Assembly: GCA_028826165.1 (NCBI GenBank)
Contig: JAPDFW010000067.1
Span: forward strand, 62,001 to 126,000
DNA length: 64,000 bases
Reading direction: 5' to 3'
DNA from: Anaeramoeba ignava BMAN
Taxonomy: Eukaryota; Protista; Anaeramoebae
In this document: positions 42,725 through 54,829 of the stretch, piece by piece
Position numbering within the stretch: position 1 is the stretch's first letter
Layout: every line of letters begins with the position of its first letter
The notes under the pieces: generated by a model
The model's input: only the letters and a program-made list of their open reading frames with translations
Database searches by the model: none
Told to the model about the DNA's origin: nothing
Position numbers and translations under genes: made by a program

Positions 42725-45700
42725 TTAATTAAACATAGTTAAATCCTCTCCAATCGAAATTAAATATAATGATTTCAATTTCTTCAAAGCCTCTTTATCA
42801 CCATTTTGAACAACACAATCAAACAAAGAATCAACATAAACCTTCAAACTATCTTGATCAAAAAGCTCAATAACAACCATTTCAAATAACTCTTTTGTAA
42901 TCGGAAACTTCAATGTTTGAGACTTGCCTTGAATTTGGTCAACTTTAATCTTCTCAAAGAATATATTGCTTTTTCCAAAAGCATTTTGAACTGCAAATTC
43001 AATACAGTTCGCGTGATGTGTTGAATTTGCTCCAAAACATTATCCTCCTCCATATCCTTCAGAATCTCAAGAGCACTTTGGTAAAAATCATTCGCCTCCA
43101 AAAATTCGCTCAAGTTCTCATGAACATAAGCAACTTGAAGAATATTCTTAACAAAACACGTTGATTTCGGAATCGTTGTATTTCTTCTCACATCCTCGAA
43201 AAACATCCTCAATTTGCGCCTGGTTTCTCTTCAAAGACTGGTTTTCCAAGCTGTCCTTGAAAGTAGAAACAATTCCATTTGTCCTCAATTGATTTGATTC
43301 TTGAACCAATTGATTCACATATTTTTGTGTCTCAAGTGATTTCATACTATGTTCTTTTGCCGTTGAAAGATCTCCCTTCTTGATCAATATATCCGCCGCA
43401 TAGAAATGAAAGATGGAGGTAGCAAGACGCTTCTCTCCAAACAAAGAGCTTATGATAACAAGTCCATTTTCCATCATGACTAACGCCTCCTGGAAATTTG
43501 TGGATTGCGAATGGCATCTTCCAACATTGAAGAAACACCACGCAGTTTTCCAATGTCCTCCTCCAAGCACTTTTTTGCAGAGCTCAAGTGCCTTTGTGAA
43601 GAATTTGAGCGCGTATTGGATGTTCCCATCGCGCTGATAAAGATGCGCAATTTCATTATAAGAATCAATCAAAAGCGGATGATTTTCAGATAAATGATAA
43701 TGCAAAATATTCATTGAGTATTTGAAACATTCAAGCGCCGATTTCATGTCTCCAGACTGGTATTTTGCCTTCATAAGAGCTAAATAAGTGACGGCAATAT
43801 CGCCGTAGAATTTCCTTGAAGCGCCGAGTGCAGCATTTGCGCAAAGAACCGAGTTTGAAAGATCCTTTTTTTGGAAATAAATTGCCGAAAGTTTCGTTAA
43901 TATTCTTGATACTTGCATCGTTCGAATCCCGTAAACCGATTTTTGGATCGCAAGCTCAACATTGAGCGATTGGATCAGGTGTTATATTCGTTATTCAACG
44001 AAAATTTGTCGTATTTTTCGCAAATTTGATGAAAGCATTTTTGGTTGTAAAAATCTTTTTAGTTTTGGATGAATCGCAACAAAATCATTCCTTTCAATAG
44101 GATTTTCCTTGGAGAAATCGTATTCATCCGTATCAACAAATTCAACACCGCTGTGGAATTGTAGAGCTAGAAACAGCGCTGGTTTGTGAATCATTGAGAA
44201 ATCTGCTTTGAATCCAAATTTTTTCAAAACTCCAGGAATTAGCACTACATCCCAATACATTTCACATTCTTCAGATGATCCAAGAACAAGGTTGAAGAAA
44301 TCAATTATGATTGAGGCCATTCTCTCGTTAATTCGAGCAACAACTCTGTGGTTTCTTGGCGAATCCAATTCTGTGTGCCCACTTTTCTCAATACTATCAT
44401 TTATCAAATCTATATCTGTTGTTTTCTTTTTTAAAATCCGTTTTTTCGGCGTTTGGAATCCATATTCTGGTTTTCTTTCCTTTATTTCTTCATTTCCATT
44501 TTGTATTTCATTTTCATTTCCATTTTGTATTTCATTTTCATTTCCATTTTGTATTTCATTTTCATTTCCATTTTCATTTTCATTTTCATTTTCTATTACT
44601 TCTTTATCTTCCTCTTTTGCAACCAAATTCGCAAATTCTGTTGATTCAATATTCTTGATTCTTTTGCTTGTTTTTCGTAATTGCTCGTATAGGCTTTTCT
44701 TGCAAACTCGAGCAATCATTTCAATCACAAGCAGCTGTCTTACATGCGGTATTTTTGTTAAATTGGCGAGAACACCAAGATGCCTTATGTTGATTCCATG
44801 CAAATGCAATTGATCTTTTAATTTTTGTGAATCAACAACAATAACCTCGAGATTATCCATTTTGGAAATGAATTTGGGCAACGAATAAGAATATAAATGG
44901 TCTCTTGCAAATTGAGAAATATCAATATTTTTTTCATTATCAATATTTTTCATTCTTATTTTCCCTATTTTTCTTAACAATTCGGGTCTTATCCTTGAAA
45001 CCATCTTGTATTCCTCCTTTTTCTAAGTCTTTTTCAATAAATTGATTATCGGATCTTCGTAATTAAACTTTTCTGTTGGGAAAAGTTGTTCCACATTTAA
45101 TAAATAAACTTCATTTTCCGATATTTCAAGAACTTCCAATAAATCAACATTTTCCATATCCAAATTAAGACAATATTTCTGCAATAAATCTTTCAATTTC
45201 TTCTTAATTTTGGGACTAACCACTTCACCTAATTTAACTCTTCTTTTATTATTAGGCAATTGTGCTGAGACATGAATACGGAATCCTTTATAATCAACGA
45301 TGCATTGAAGAGGAACATAAACTCCGATTATATTTGCCTCCTGAATAAATTTTCCATTTTGGACTAAATGATTAGCCATCTTCATAGAAAGCTCTGTGCT
45401 TTCTAGCTTTCCAGGATATCTGTGATAGAATCTAAAAATCATATTGGATGTTTCATATTGAATTCCTGGGATTTGATCTTCTTCAAAATGTTCTTTTTCC
45501 ATCAAAAAATTCTTTTGTTTTGGATCGCAATTTTCATTAAAAATTGGTTTGATAATTTTTTGAGATTTCTTGAGTGGATATTCATCAATAAGAATTTGTG
45601 CACAATAAGCTGCTGTATGAAGGAAGTTTCCAAGTAGTTGCAAAATACTAATTTCATGTTGAACATTTTCGTGAATTTCATAAAATTTTTCATATGTTCT

Positions 45701-46459
45701 TTGTGGAGGTAATTGTTGCAATAATAGACGAAGTGTTTCATTCCAATCCATTTCATCTTCAATGAAATTTGGGACTTCTTGACCAAATTCACTTTCATCG
45801 TCTGTATAATCCAAAGCTGTTTTAGAAGTTGATGTTGGTGAAACTGTAGTACTTTGGTTATTCTGATTATTCTGTTGTTTTGAATAACTATTATAATAAA
45901 AAAATAATTCAAAATAATTTATAAAATTAAAATTAATTTATAATAAAAAAATAATTTATAAATTTAAAATTCATTTATTAAATTAAAACTAATTTATAAA
46001 TTTAAAATTCATTTATAATAAAAAAATAATTAAAATTAAAATTAATTTATAAATTTAAAATTACTGCAGTTTGATTGAACTCGGTGATAAACTTTGTAAA
46101 GATTTCAAAGATAAACTCGGTCGATAATTATCTTGCCTCTTATGTAATACATTGTTTATCATCTCAAGCCAATCATTCTTCTCCTTCTCACTACTACAAG
46201 AAAAATATATTTTTTTCTTTTTTCCTTTTGAAATATTCATCCCAAGAAAAAATACATTCTGCTTTTTAAATTTGGAAACGGGAACTGTTTTTACTTCATA
46301 ATTCGTTACATCCATTTCATGTTTTGTTTTTGTATCGTTTTTATCTTTAAAAATTAATAATTTCCCGTTTTTCGTTAATTTTACAAATCTTTTATTCCAT
46401 CGATTAAAAACTGCTTTTTGAAATAGGAATCCTGAAAATTCTATTTGTTTTTCTTCCAT
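42725..46459 (-). CDS. PH domain + CLU (clustered mitochondria-like) + CLU-central + TPR protein; intron 46,064-45,888; several frameshifts
   Basis: PH exon (GFLFQK...WNKRFV...EKNDWLEMI) splices in frame (CA|GTAA...TAG|T) to CLU-type PLQCIVDYKGFR; LHLHGINIRHLG...EMIARVCK; TPR motifs HPLLIDSYNEIA, GGGHWKTA. Confidence 0.75.
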
Positions 46460-46851
46460 ATTTTAAAATTTTTTAATAATAAAGAAATAAAGAAATAAAG
46501 AAATAAAGAAATAAAAAAATGAAAAAAATTTTTGGAATTTATTTTAAAAAAAAATCTTGTTATTTTTTTATTTAATTAAGAATGATTTTTTTTCCGAATT
46601 TAAACTAGGAATCAAAAAGAAAGAAAATGGAAAAAAAAAAAGTAAAAAAAAAAAAGGAGAAAGTTATCCAAAAAGTAAAAAAGTAAAAAAGTAAAAAGAA
46701 TTAATTTGTTTTGGAAAAGAAATTGAATTTGGATCGTTAACTAACTAAGAAAATAAGAAAATAATAGTAATAAAGTTAAAATTTAATTAAATGAATATTT
46801 TTGATAATTTCTCAAATTAAAAAAAATTTTTTTTCACCTTTTGATCAAAAT

Positions 46852-48601
46852 TTAAATTTTGCCTTCTCTTCTCATAACATCATGCATAACATAACCAATC
46901 TCATTAGGGAATTTAGAGATTTTAACACCAACAGATTCAAGAGCACGAATCTTATCTTGAGCACCACCTTTTCCACCAGAAACAATAGCACCAGCATGAC
47001 CCATACGTTTATTTGGGGGAGCAGTTAACCCAGCAATAAAACTAACGACAGGTTTTCTGTTTTTTCCAGTATTATGTTTTGCAAGAAATTCAGCAGCATC
47101 TTCTTCGGCATTACCACCGATCACCGATCATAATGATACCCTCTGTTTGAGGGTCTTCCAAAAATCGAGAAAGAACGTCAACAAAATTAGTTCCGTTAAA
47201 TGGGTCTCCACCAATACCAACGCATGTGCTTTGGCCAAGTCCTGTCTTTGTTGTTTGAGCAACTGCTTCGTATGTCAACGTTCCTGATCGTGATACAACT
47301 CCGATCTTTCCTGGCTTGTGGATGTGTCCAGGCATGATTCCGATCTTGCATTCGCCTGGTTTGATGATTCCGGGACAATTTGGCCCAATCAATCTTGAGT
47401 TTGGATGCTCTTTTAACTTACGCTTCACTTTGATCATGTCGTGTTGTGGAATGTGTTCTGTAATGCACACAATTAATCCCATGTCTGCTTCAATTGCATC
47501 GATTAATGCTTTTCCTGCAAATTTTGGTGGGACATAAATTACTGTTGCATCAGCATCTGTTTTTTCTTTTGCTTCTTTCACGTCTGAGAAAACTGGTAAT
47601 CCTAAATGATAGGTTCCGGCTTTGTTTGGTGATACTCCTCCAACCATTTTGGTTCCATATTTGATGGCTTGATCTGTGTGGAATGTTCCCTTTAAATTAA
47701 TTTAAAAATTCATTTAAAAAAATAAAATTGAAATTAAAATTGAAATTAAAATTGAAATTCATTTATAAAATTAAAATTAAAATTAAAATTAAAATTGAAA
47801 TTAAAATTAATATTAAAATTGAAATTAAAATTAAAATTGAAATTAAAATTCAAATTAAAATTAAAATTAAAATTAAAATTAAAATTAAAATTAAAATTAA
47901 AATCAAAATTCATTTATAAAATTAAAATTAAAATTAAAATTAAAATTAATTTATAAAATTAATATTATAATTAAAATTAAAATTAAAATTAATTTATAAA
48001 ATTAATATTAAAATTCATTTATAAAATTAAAATTAAAATTAAAATTAAAATTAAAATTAAAATTAAAATTAATATTAAAATTAAAATTAAATTTAAAATT
48101 AAAAATTTATAAAATTAAAATTAAAATTAAAATTAAAATTAAAATTAAAACTAAAATTAAAATTAAAATTAAAATTAAAATTAAAATTAAAATTAAAATC
48201 AAAATTAAAATTCATTTATAAAATTAAAATTGAAATTAAAATTAAAATTAAAATTAAAATTAAAATTAAAATTAAAATTAAAATTAATATTAAAATTAAT
48301 ATTAATTTATAAAATTGAAATTGAAATTAAAATTAAAATTAATTTATAAAATTAATATTAAAATGATTTATTCTGGTTTTCTTGATTTGTTTTTTTTTGA
48401 ATTTATTTCTATTAAAAACTATAATTGTTTAAAAAAGAACCTAAATATAATATTTACTTGTTTTCCTGTTAAACCTTGACAAATAACCTTTGTGTCTTTG
48501 TTGACAAAAACATAAGGTTTAGATGAGAAAAGTCGTGATGTAATAACTGGAAGAACGTTTATTGGTTTCTTTGGTTTGAATTTTATATTTGATAAAGACA
48601 T
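46852..48601 (-). CDS. SUCLG1: Succinyl-CoA synthetase alpha subunit with N-terminal presequence. Exons 48,601-48,458 and 47,689-46,852; one frameshift at ~47,120
   Basis: [12 protein letters not shown]|[34 protein letters not shown] active-site His. Confidence 0.96.
47700..48360. repeat. (AAAATT)n hexamer satellite filling the 768-bp SCS-alpha intron
   Basis: Visible; lies within GT(48,457)...AG(47,690). Confidence 0.9.
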
Positions 48602-48941
48602 GCTGAGTCTGATTTATTATTAATTTTATTTTTTAATTTTTATTATTTTTATTATTTTTATTATTATTTTTATTAATTACTATTTTTTGAAAATGAAAAA
48701 AAATGAAAAAAAAAAAGAAAAAAAAAAATTTTTTTTAATTAAAAAAATAAAAAAAAAAAGAAAAATGAGTTGGAAAAAGAATAAATGAGTAAGAAATTTA
48801 AAATAATTAATAATTAAAAATAATTTATTAGTAATTTTGATTTTTTATTTTTTAATTTAATTTAATAAAAACAAATTTCATTTTTTCATTTTTCTTCTTT
48901 TTCTTTTTCTTTTTCTTTCTCTTTTTCTTTTATTGTAAAAT

Positions 48942-51900
48942 ATGAATCCACAAAATCAAAATCAAAATTTAAAAAATTCAATTCAAAAATCATTTGGAAA
49001 TTCGAAAATAAATTTAGAGAGGAATAATAAAACAAAATTTGAGAAAAATTTCAATCAATCATTAATAAATAATAATAATAATAATAATATAAATAAATCT
49101 CCTCAAAATAATTCAAATAAAACATTTAAAAATAATATAAATAAATCTCCTCAAAATAATCCAAATAAATCATTTAAAAATAATAATTCAAATAAAACAT
49201 TTCAAAATAATTCAAATAAATCATTTAATAATAACATAAATAAATCTCTTCAAAATAGTCCAAATAAAACATTTAAAAATAATAATTCAAATAAAACATT
49301 TAAAAATAATTCAAATAAATCATTTAATAATAACAATATAAATAAATCTCCTCAAAATAATCCAAATAAAACATTTAAAAATAATAATTCAAATAAAACA
49401 TTTAAAAATAATAATTCAAATAAATCATTTAATAATAATCCAAATAAAACATTTCATAATAATAACATAAATAAATCTCCTCAAAATAATCTAAATACTC
49501 CATTTAAAAATAATCCAAATAAATCTCCTCAAAATAATCCAAATAAAACATTTAAAAATAATATAAATAATCAAAATAATCCAAATAAAACATTTAAAAA
49601 TAATCCAAATAAATCATTTAATAATAATCCAAATAAAACATTTAATAATAATAATAATAATATAAATAAATCTCCTCAAAATAACCCAAATAAATCATTT
49701 AAAAATAAACCAAATCCTTTATCAAAAGCAACTTCACTTCAATCACATTCAAATTTAAATAATCTAAATACTCCATTTAAAAATAATTCAAATCTCCAAA
49801 ATCAAAATAATAATAATCATAACATAAATAAATCTCCTCAAAATAATCTAAATAAATCATTTAAAAATAAACCAAATCCTTTATCAAAAGCAACTTCACT
49901 TCAATCACATTCAAAATCAAATTTAAATTCAAATAAATCAAATCAAAATAATAAAAATAAATCATTTAATAATAATAATAATATAAATAAATCATTTAAT
50001 AATAATAATATAAATAAATCTCCTCAAAATAATCCAAATAAAACATTTAAAAATAATATAAATAAATCTCCTCAAAATAATCCAAATAAAACATTTAAAA
50101 ATAATATAAATAATCAAAATAATTCAAATAAATCATTTAAAAATAATCCAAATCTCCAAAATCAAAATAATAATAATAATAACATAAATAAATCTCCTCA
50201 AAATAATCTAAATAAAACATTTAAAAATAAACCAAATCCTTTATCAAAAGCAACTTCATTTCAATCATATTCAAATTTAAATAATTTAAATACTCCATTT
50301 AAAAATAATTCAAATCTCCAAAATCAAAATAATAATAATAATAAAATAAATAAATCTCCTCAAAATAATCCAAATAAACCATTTCAAAATAATATAAATA
50401 AATCTCCTCATAATATAAATAAATCATTTAAAAATAAACCAAATCTTTTATCAAAAGCAACTTCACTTCAATCACATTCAAACTCAAATTTAAACCCAAA
50501 TAAATCATTTAAAAATAAACCAAATCCTTTATCAAAAGCAACTTCATTTCAATCACATTTAAATCAAAATAATCTAAATATTCCATTTAAAAATAATAAT
50601 AATAATAATATCCAAAATCAAAATAATAAAAATAATCTAAATAAATCATTTAAAAACAATCAAGAAATTAACCTCCAAACTGAAACTGTTGAAACAGATG
50701 GAGAAGAAGATATTGAAAATGAAAACGAAAACGAAAATGAAAATGAAATACAAAAACAAAAACAAATACAGCTCCAAAATCTCACAAAAACAAAATCAAC
50801 ACTAAATATTTTGGAACAGATCCAAATCAAAAAAAATGGATGGCTCAAAAAACAAGGAGCAGTCCACAAAAATTGGAAAACGCGCTTCTTCATTCTCACC
50901 AAAGAATGCACAATGATTTATTTTAAAACAGACAATAATTTCACAAACCCACTTGGAGTAATATCACTTATCGGAGCATATTGCTTCAAGCATAAGAAAA
51001 AAAACCGATTCCAAATTTATCACTCAGAAAGAAGAACATTCTATTTCCAATGCGAATCAGAAGAATCGCGACAGAGCTGGATAGATTCGATTCAACAAAC
51101 AATCCTCGAATCTCAGCCATTCAGAAAAGGAAAAGATGTATTCCAAAAATTCAAAGGATACATCCAAAAGCAGGGATTAACATACAAAACTTGGAAAGTC
51201 CGCTATTTCATTCTATATGACTATGTTTTATGTTATTATAAAAACGAATTTGAGCTGGAAATCCCTTTTGGAATGATTTCACTTGCGGGAATGCAGATCC
51301 AAGAAGAATACAACGAAGAAATCAAACAAAAAATCATACGTTTGCATCATCCACTTTCACGTGATTTCTTCCTGTTTCCCTTAACAGCACCATTGGCGCA
51401 AAACGCAGACTTGGATCATCTGAAAACACAAATTGATCTCGCAAAAGATGCGACCCAAAAGGAAAGTTTACGGCAGATTTTCAGACAAAAATACGAGGAC
51501 TTCATGGTTGCTTCATGGAAACAAGTATTGATTGAGCAGATCGAGATCTCAAACTCAGCTCAACTCCACATAGCACCGAATTTGCCAATCAATTTCGACT
51601 CACAACCCAAAGAAGCCGTTGATGGATTCATGATCTTGAGGGAATATGGAAATAAACAGCCTTATGGAAGAAAATCGCTCTGGTTCGTTCTCAACGGCTC
51701 ATATCTTTGTTACTCGCTCAAACGAAAGGCTAAGAATAAGATGAAGGGTGCGTTTTCTTTGCAGGACGTCCAGATCATCGGCACTCGTTCTCGAGTCGCA
51801 AAACCGTTCTTGATCACAATTACTCATCCAAGAAGAAAAAAAATTGTTCTCGAAGTCGATGAATATTCCGACTATTCAAAATGGATCAAATCCATCTCAG

Positions 51901-52977
51901 AAGCCGCTTTCAGATCCAAAAGTGATTCCCGTTTTTGGAAGGACTTCAAAATGGAGGGTTTTGTTTCCAAATTTTTGAAGAAGAAAAAAATTTTCGCAAG
52001 AAGATTTATGAAGATCCAAAACCACTGCATTTATTACTATTCTCCCCCGTTCGACACCCTTAGAAACCCCTCTAACATCATCAAACTCAACGGTGCAGAA
52101 CTTATTCCCTTTGACACAATAGTAAACAAACATCTCTCTTTCAATTATCCCCCCAAACTGAAAATCGCGAGTACATTTTTCTTCGCTGAATCCCAACAAG
52201 AATTTTATCCAGTGGATCAAGGCAATCGAAGTATCCATCACAAACGCAGATGGTATTGATTTCAATGATCTTGATATTCTAAAGAATCCTGAAGATTTTC
52301 TCCCAAACGACTCATCCAATAACCCGAATGAGGATCATTTCCATCATTCAGAAAACACTGATTTGGAAACAGATTCAAATAGCGAGCAACAAAACAACAC
52401 TTCTGATACCAACACAAATAATCCTCAAAACCCGTTTTCTTTGTCTCAAAACACCATTGAGAATTTTATCGCAATCACTAATTTTTCAGAATACGAATTG
52501 AAACTTATGTTCTCAAGATTCTCTAAAAAATTCAAACAAGAAACAATGTCCCGAAAGCAATTCAATGTTCTCGCAAAAGAAATGGGTATATCTCTTCAGC
52601 CCAAAATCGATCTCCTTTTTGCTGGTTTTGATCGGTTCAAAAAAGGAAAAATATCTTTTGAAGATCTTGTCATCGCTTTAAATTCCTTAACAAGAGGATC
52701 TATTGATGACAAAATTCACTTTTCTTTCTGTGTTTATGATCGCGCAAATCTCGGCAAGATTGATTCCAAAAGCTTTTCTGAGACTGTCAAAATTCTTTTT
52801 TCTTTAAGATTAGAAAAGGATAAAATTTCCAAATCTGAACTTAAAAAACAATCTCAACAAATTTTTTCAAATTTTGATAAAGATCAGGATGGTTTTTTAT
52901 CTTTTGAAGAATTTAAAAATGCTGTTTCCTTAAATCCTGTAATTGTAGAATGTTTAGGTTTCTTTCGTCTTTATTGA
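48942..52977 (+). CDS. Asn-rich repeat + four PH domains + NCS/calcineurin-B-like EF-hand domain; one +1 frameshift at ~52,205
   Basis: GWLKKQG...WKTRFF, GYIQKQG...WKVRYF, two further PH-like blocks; removing one T gives EFIQWIKAIE reading open into ORF 52,363-52,977 (FDRFKKGKISFED, DKDQDGFLSFEE). Confidence 0.75.
49060..50660 (+). repeat. Coding repeat of NKSPQNNPNKTF and KPNPLSKATS(L/F)QS modules
   Basis: Visible in DNA and translation. Confidence 0.85.
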
Positions 52978-53059
52978 ATTATTTATTTATTTATTTATTC
53001 ACAAAAAAAAAATGTGATTTTTTTTTCTATGAAAATTGAAGAAACAAAAAACAAAAAAC

Positions 53060-54377
53060 TTAATAATTTCTTTTTCTTATTTTACAAATCTCAAAAATAT
53101 CATCAATTTCATTTTTGTTTCTGTGGTTGTTGAGTTTAACAAGATTTTCAAATCTTTTGTTTTTACTTTTTTTTCTTTTCTTTGAGATTTGTTCATCAAT
53201 TTCAATTTGTTGAGGAAGAGAATTAATAATTTGATTTTGAGGTTGTTGAATATTAATTGAGAAAGAAAAGGAGTTTTTATTTTTATTTTGATTTTGATTT
53301 TGATTTTGATTTTGATTTTGATTTTGATTTTTGATTTTGATTTTGATTTTCATTTTGATTTTCATTTTGATTATTTGTTGAAATATTCCATTTTTCAATA
53401 GTCTTTTCCTGTTTGATTGAATCTTCCTTTTTCATAATAGATTCTTCTTTTCTCATTTCAAATTCCCCCAAATCTTCGTTTTCTGTTGAAAAAACATGGT
53501 TATAAACAGAGGAATTTCCATATTTAATTGCGCAATTTTTCAATTGCAAAAGATTCTTTTTGCGTTGGAATTCAGTTCCTAAAAATCTTTCAAGTGGCAT
53601 TTCTATTATTTGCATAAATTGTTGTTTGAATAAAAAAAGTTCTTGAAAAGAAGAAGGTTTTTTTTTGTTCTTCAAATTTTGGTTTGATTGAAGTTGATAA
53701 TTCAAGCATTTTGAAGCCTCTCCAAGCAAATAAAAAGAATCCACAAAATCCATTTGCAAAGTTTTTGATTTGTTGATGAATTTGAGATAAAACTGAAACA
53801 CAAACTAGTGAAAAAATGCCATAAAATGTGTTTGTCGAATTAAAAATTTCAAATCTTTGAAACGAATCAATAATTGATTCAATAAATTTTTCATAAGAAG
53901 AGCTCCTGAGAAAGCAATTTGATTCGAAATAACTTCACAATATATAAATCTGGTGTTTGTAAATTTGTGTTTTTCGAATCACTTCATTTTCTTGAAATAT
54001 TTTTGTATTTTAACTGCAAATTCAGAAATATTCAACTCAAATAATCTTTGGAGTGTTTTTTTAACTTCAGTTAATTTTTGAAGATGCTTTGTTTTTTTAT
54101 GTTGGTTTTTTTTTGTGTAAATTAGTTTTTTTATTAACTGGAAATTTCCTTCCAATTCATTTATTTTTTGATTTGTTTTTTCTTTAAATTCAAAAAATAA
54201 TTCTTTTAAAAAAATGTAAAAAATATGAAAATCTTTTCTTTTCAATAATTTTTTTGGATGAAAAGATAAAATTTGAGGTTGAAATAAATATTGGGAATTA
54301 TTTTGAATAAATTCCCAATTAAATTTTGATTCAATTGAATTTAAAATTGAATAAAATTGCAAATCATTTGAATTCAT
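53060..54377 (-). CDS. NEPRO/RMP64 (yeast Rmp1-like, DUF4477) RNase MRP subunit-like protein; frameshifted
   Basis: FQLIKKLIYTKKNQHKKTKHLQKLTEVKKTLQRL resembles the Rmp1/NEPRO NKNQH motif; manual reframing gives LLSGALLM...QTHFMAFSLVCVSVLSQI, like the second conserved block; 3' end uncertain. Confidence 0.55.
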
Positions 54378-54461
54378 TTTAAAAAAAAAAAGAAAAAAAT
54401 GAAAAAGAAAAAAAATGAAAAAAAAAAAAAAATTTTTTTTATTTAAATAATTTAATAAATA

Positions 54462-54760
54462 AATTATCACAACCACAAGGCTCGAAATAAGGTTTAAAAA
54501 CTTATTTCGCTTCCTATTTTTAATGTAGATTGTTTTTGTTTACGCTCAATATTATGTGTGTATATTTGTATTTTGTTTTGGCAGATACTCAATTATTGAA
54601 TAATAAAGTATCTGTGGCAGTTGAGCGATTTCATTTCTGATTCTTCATCCTTCACGGCTCTATTTAAAAACAAACAAAACAAAGAAAATTAATTAATTTT
54701 TTTATTTAATTTATTTTTATTATTTTATTATTTAATTAATTAATCTACCTGTGAAGAATA
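54462..54760 (-). ncRNA. Candidate structured RNA (or structured 5' leader) with an 89-bp GT-AG intron at 54,748-54,660
   Basis: GC-enriched island with no long ORF; helices CGCTCAA/TTGAGCG, CAGATACT/AGTATCTG, CGAAATAAG/CTTATTTCG; CAG|GTAGAT...pyrimidine tract...TAG| splice signals. Confidence 0.55.
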
Positions 54761-54829
54761 AAAAAAATTAAAAAAAATTTTTTTTTCTTTTTAAATTTAT
54801 TTACACGTGTTTTAATCCTTTTTTATTTA

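Noticed and set aside
10670-52977. Inteins/Hint domains or transposase/RT genes in the long ORFs
   Set aside because: No C-F/L...HN-C/S/T splicing motifs, LAGLIDADG, DDE or RT motifs recognised; insertions are low-complexity repeats
54462-54660. Candidate RNA as RNase MRP RNA, suggested by the neighbouring RMP64-like gene
   Set aside because: No recognisable GAAAGUCCCC / GGGGCUYA P4 pseudoknot strands on either strand
54635-54760. Candidate RNA as U6 snRNA (ACAGAG and AAGGATGA appear after splicing) or a 5.8S rRNA fragment (GATGAAGAA)
   Set aside because: The invariant intervening U6 AGC triad/ISL sequence is missing, and the 5.8S match does not extend
54590-54760. Spliced island as a protein-coding exon
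   Set aside because: Best frame gives only ~25 codons with no upstream ATG in the short first exon; the extensive base-pairing is better explained by RNA structure, though a uORF (MKSLNCHRYFIIQ) is not excluded
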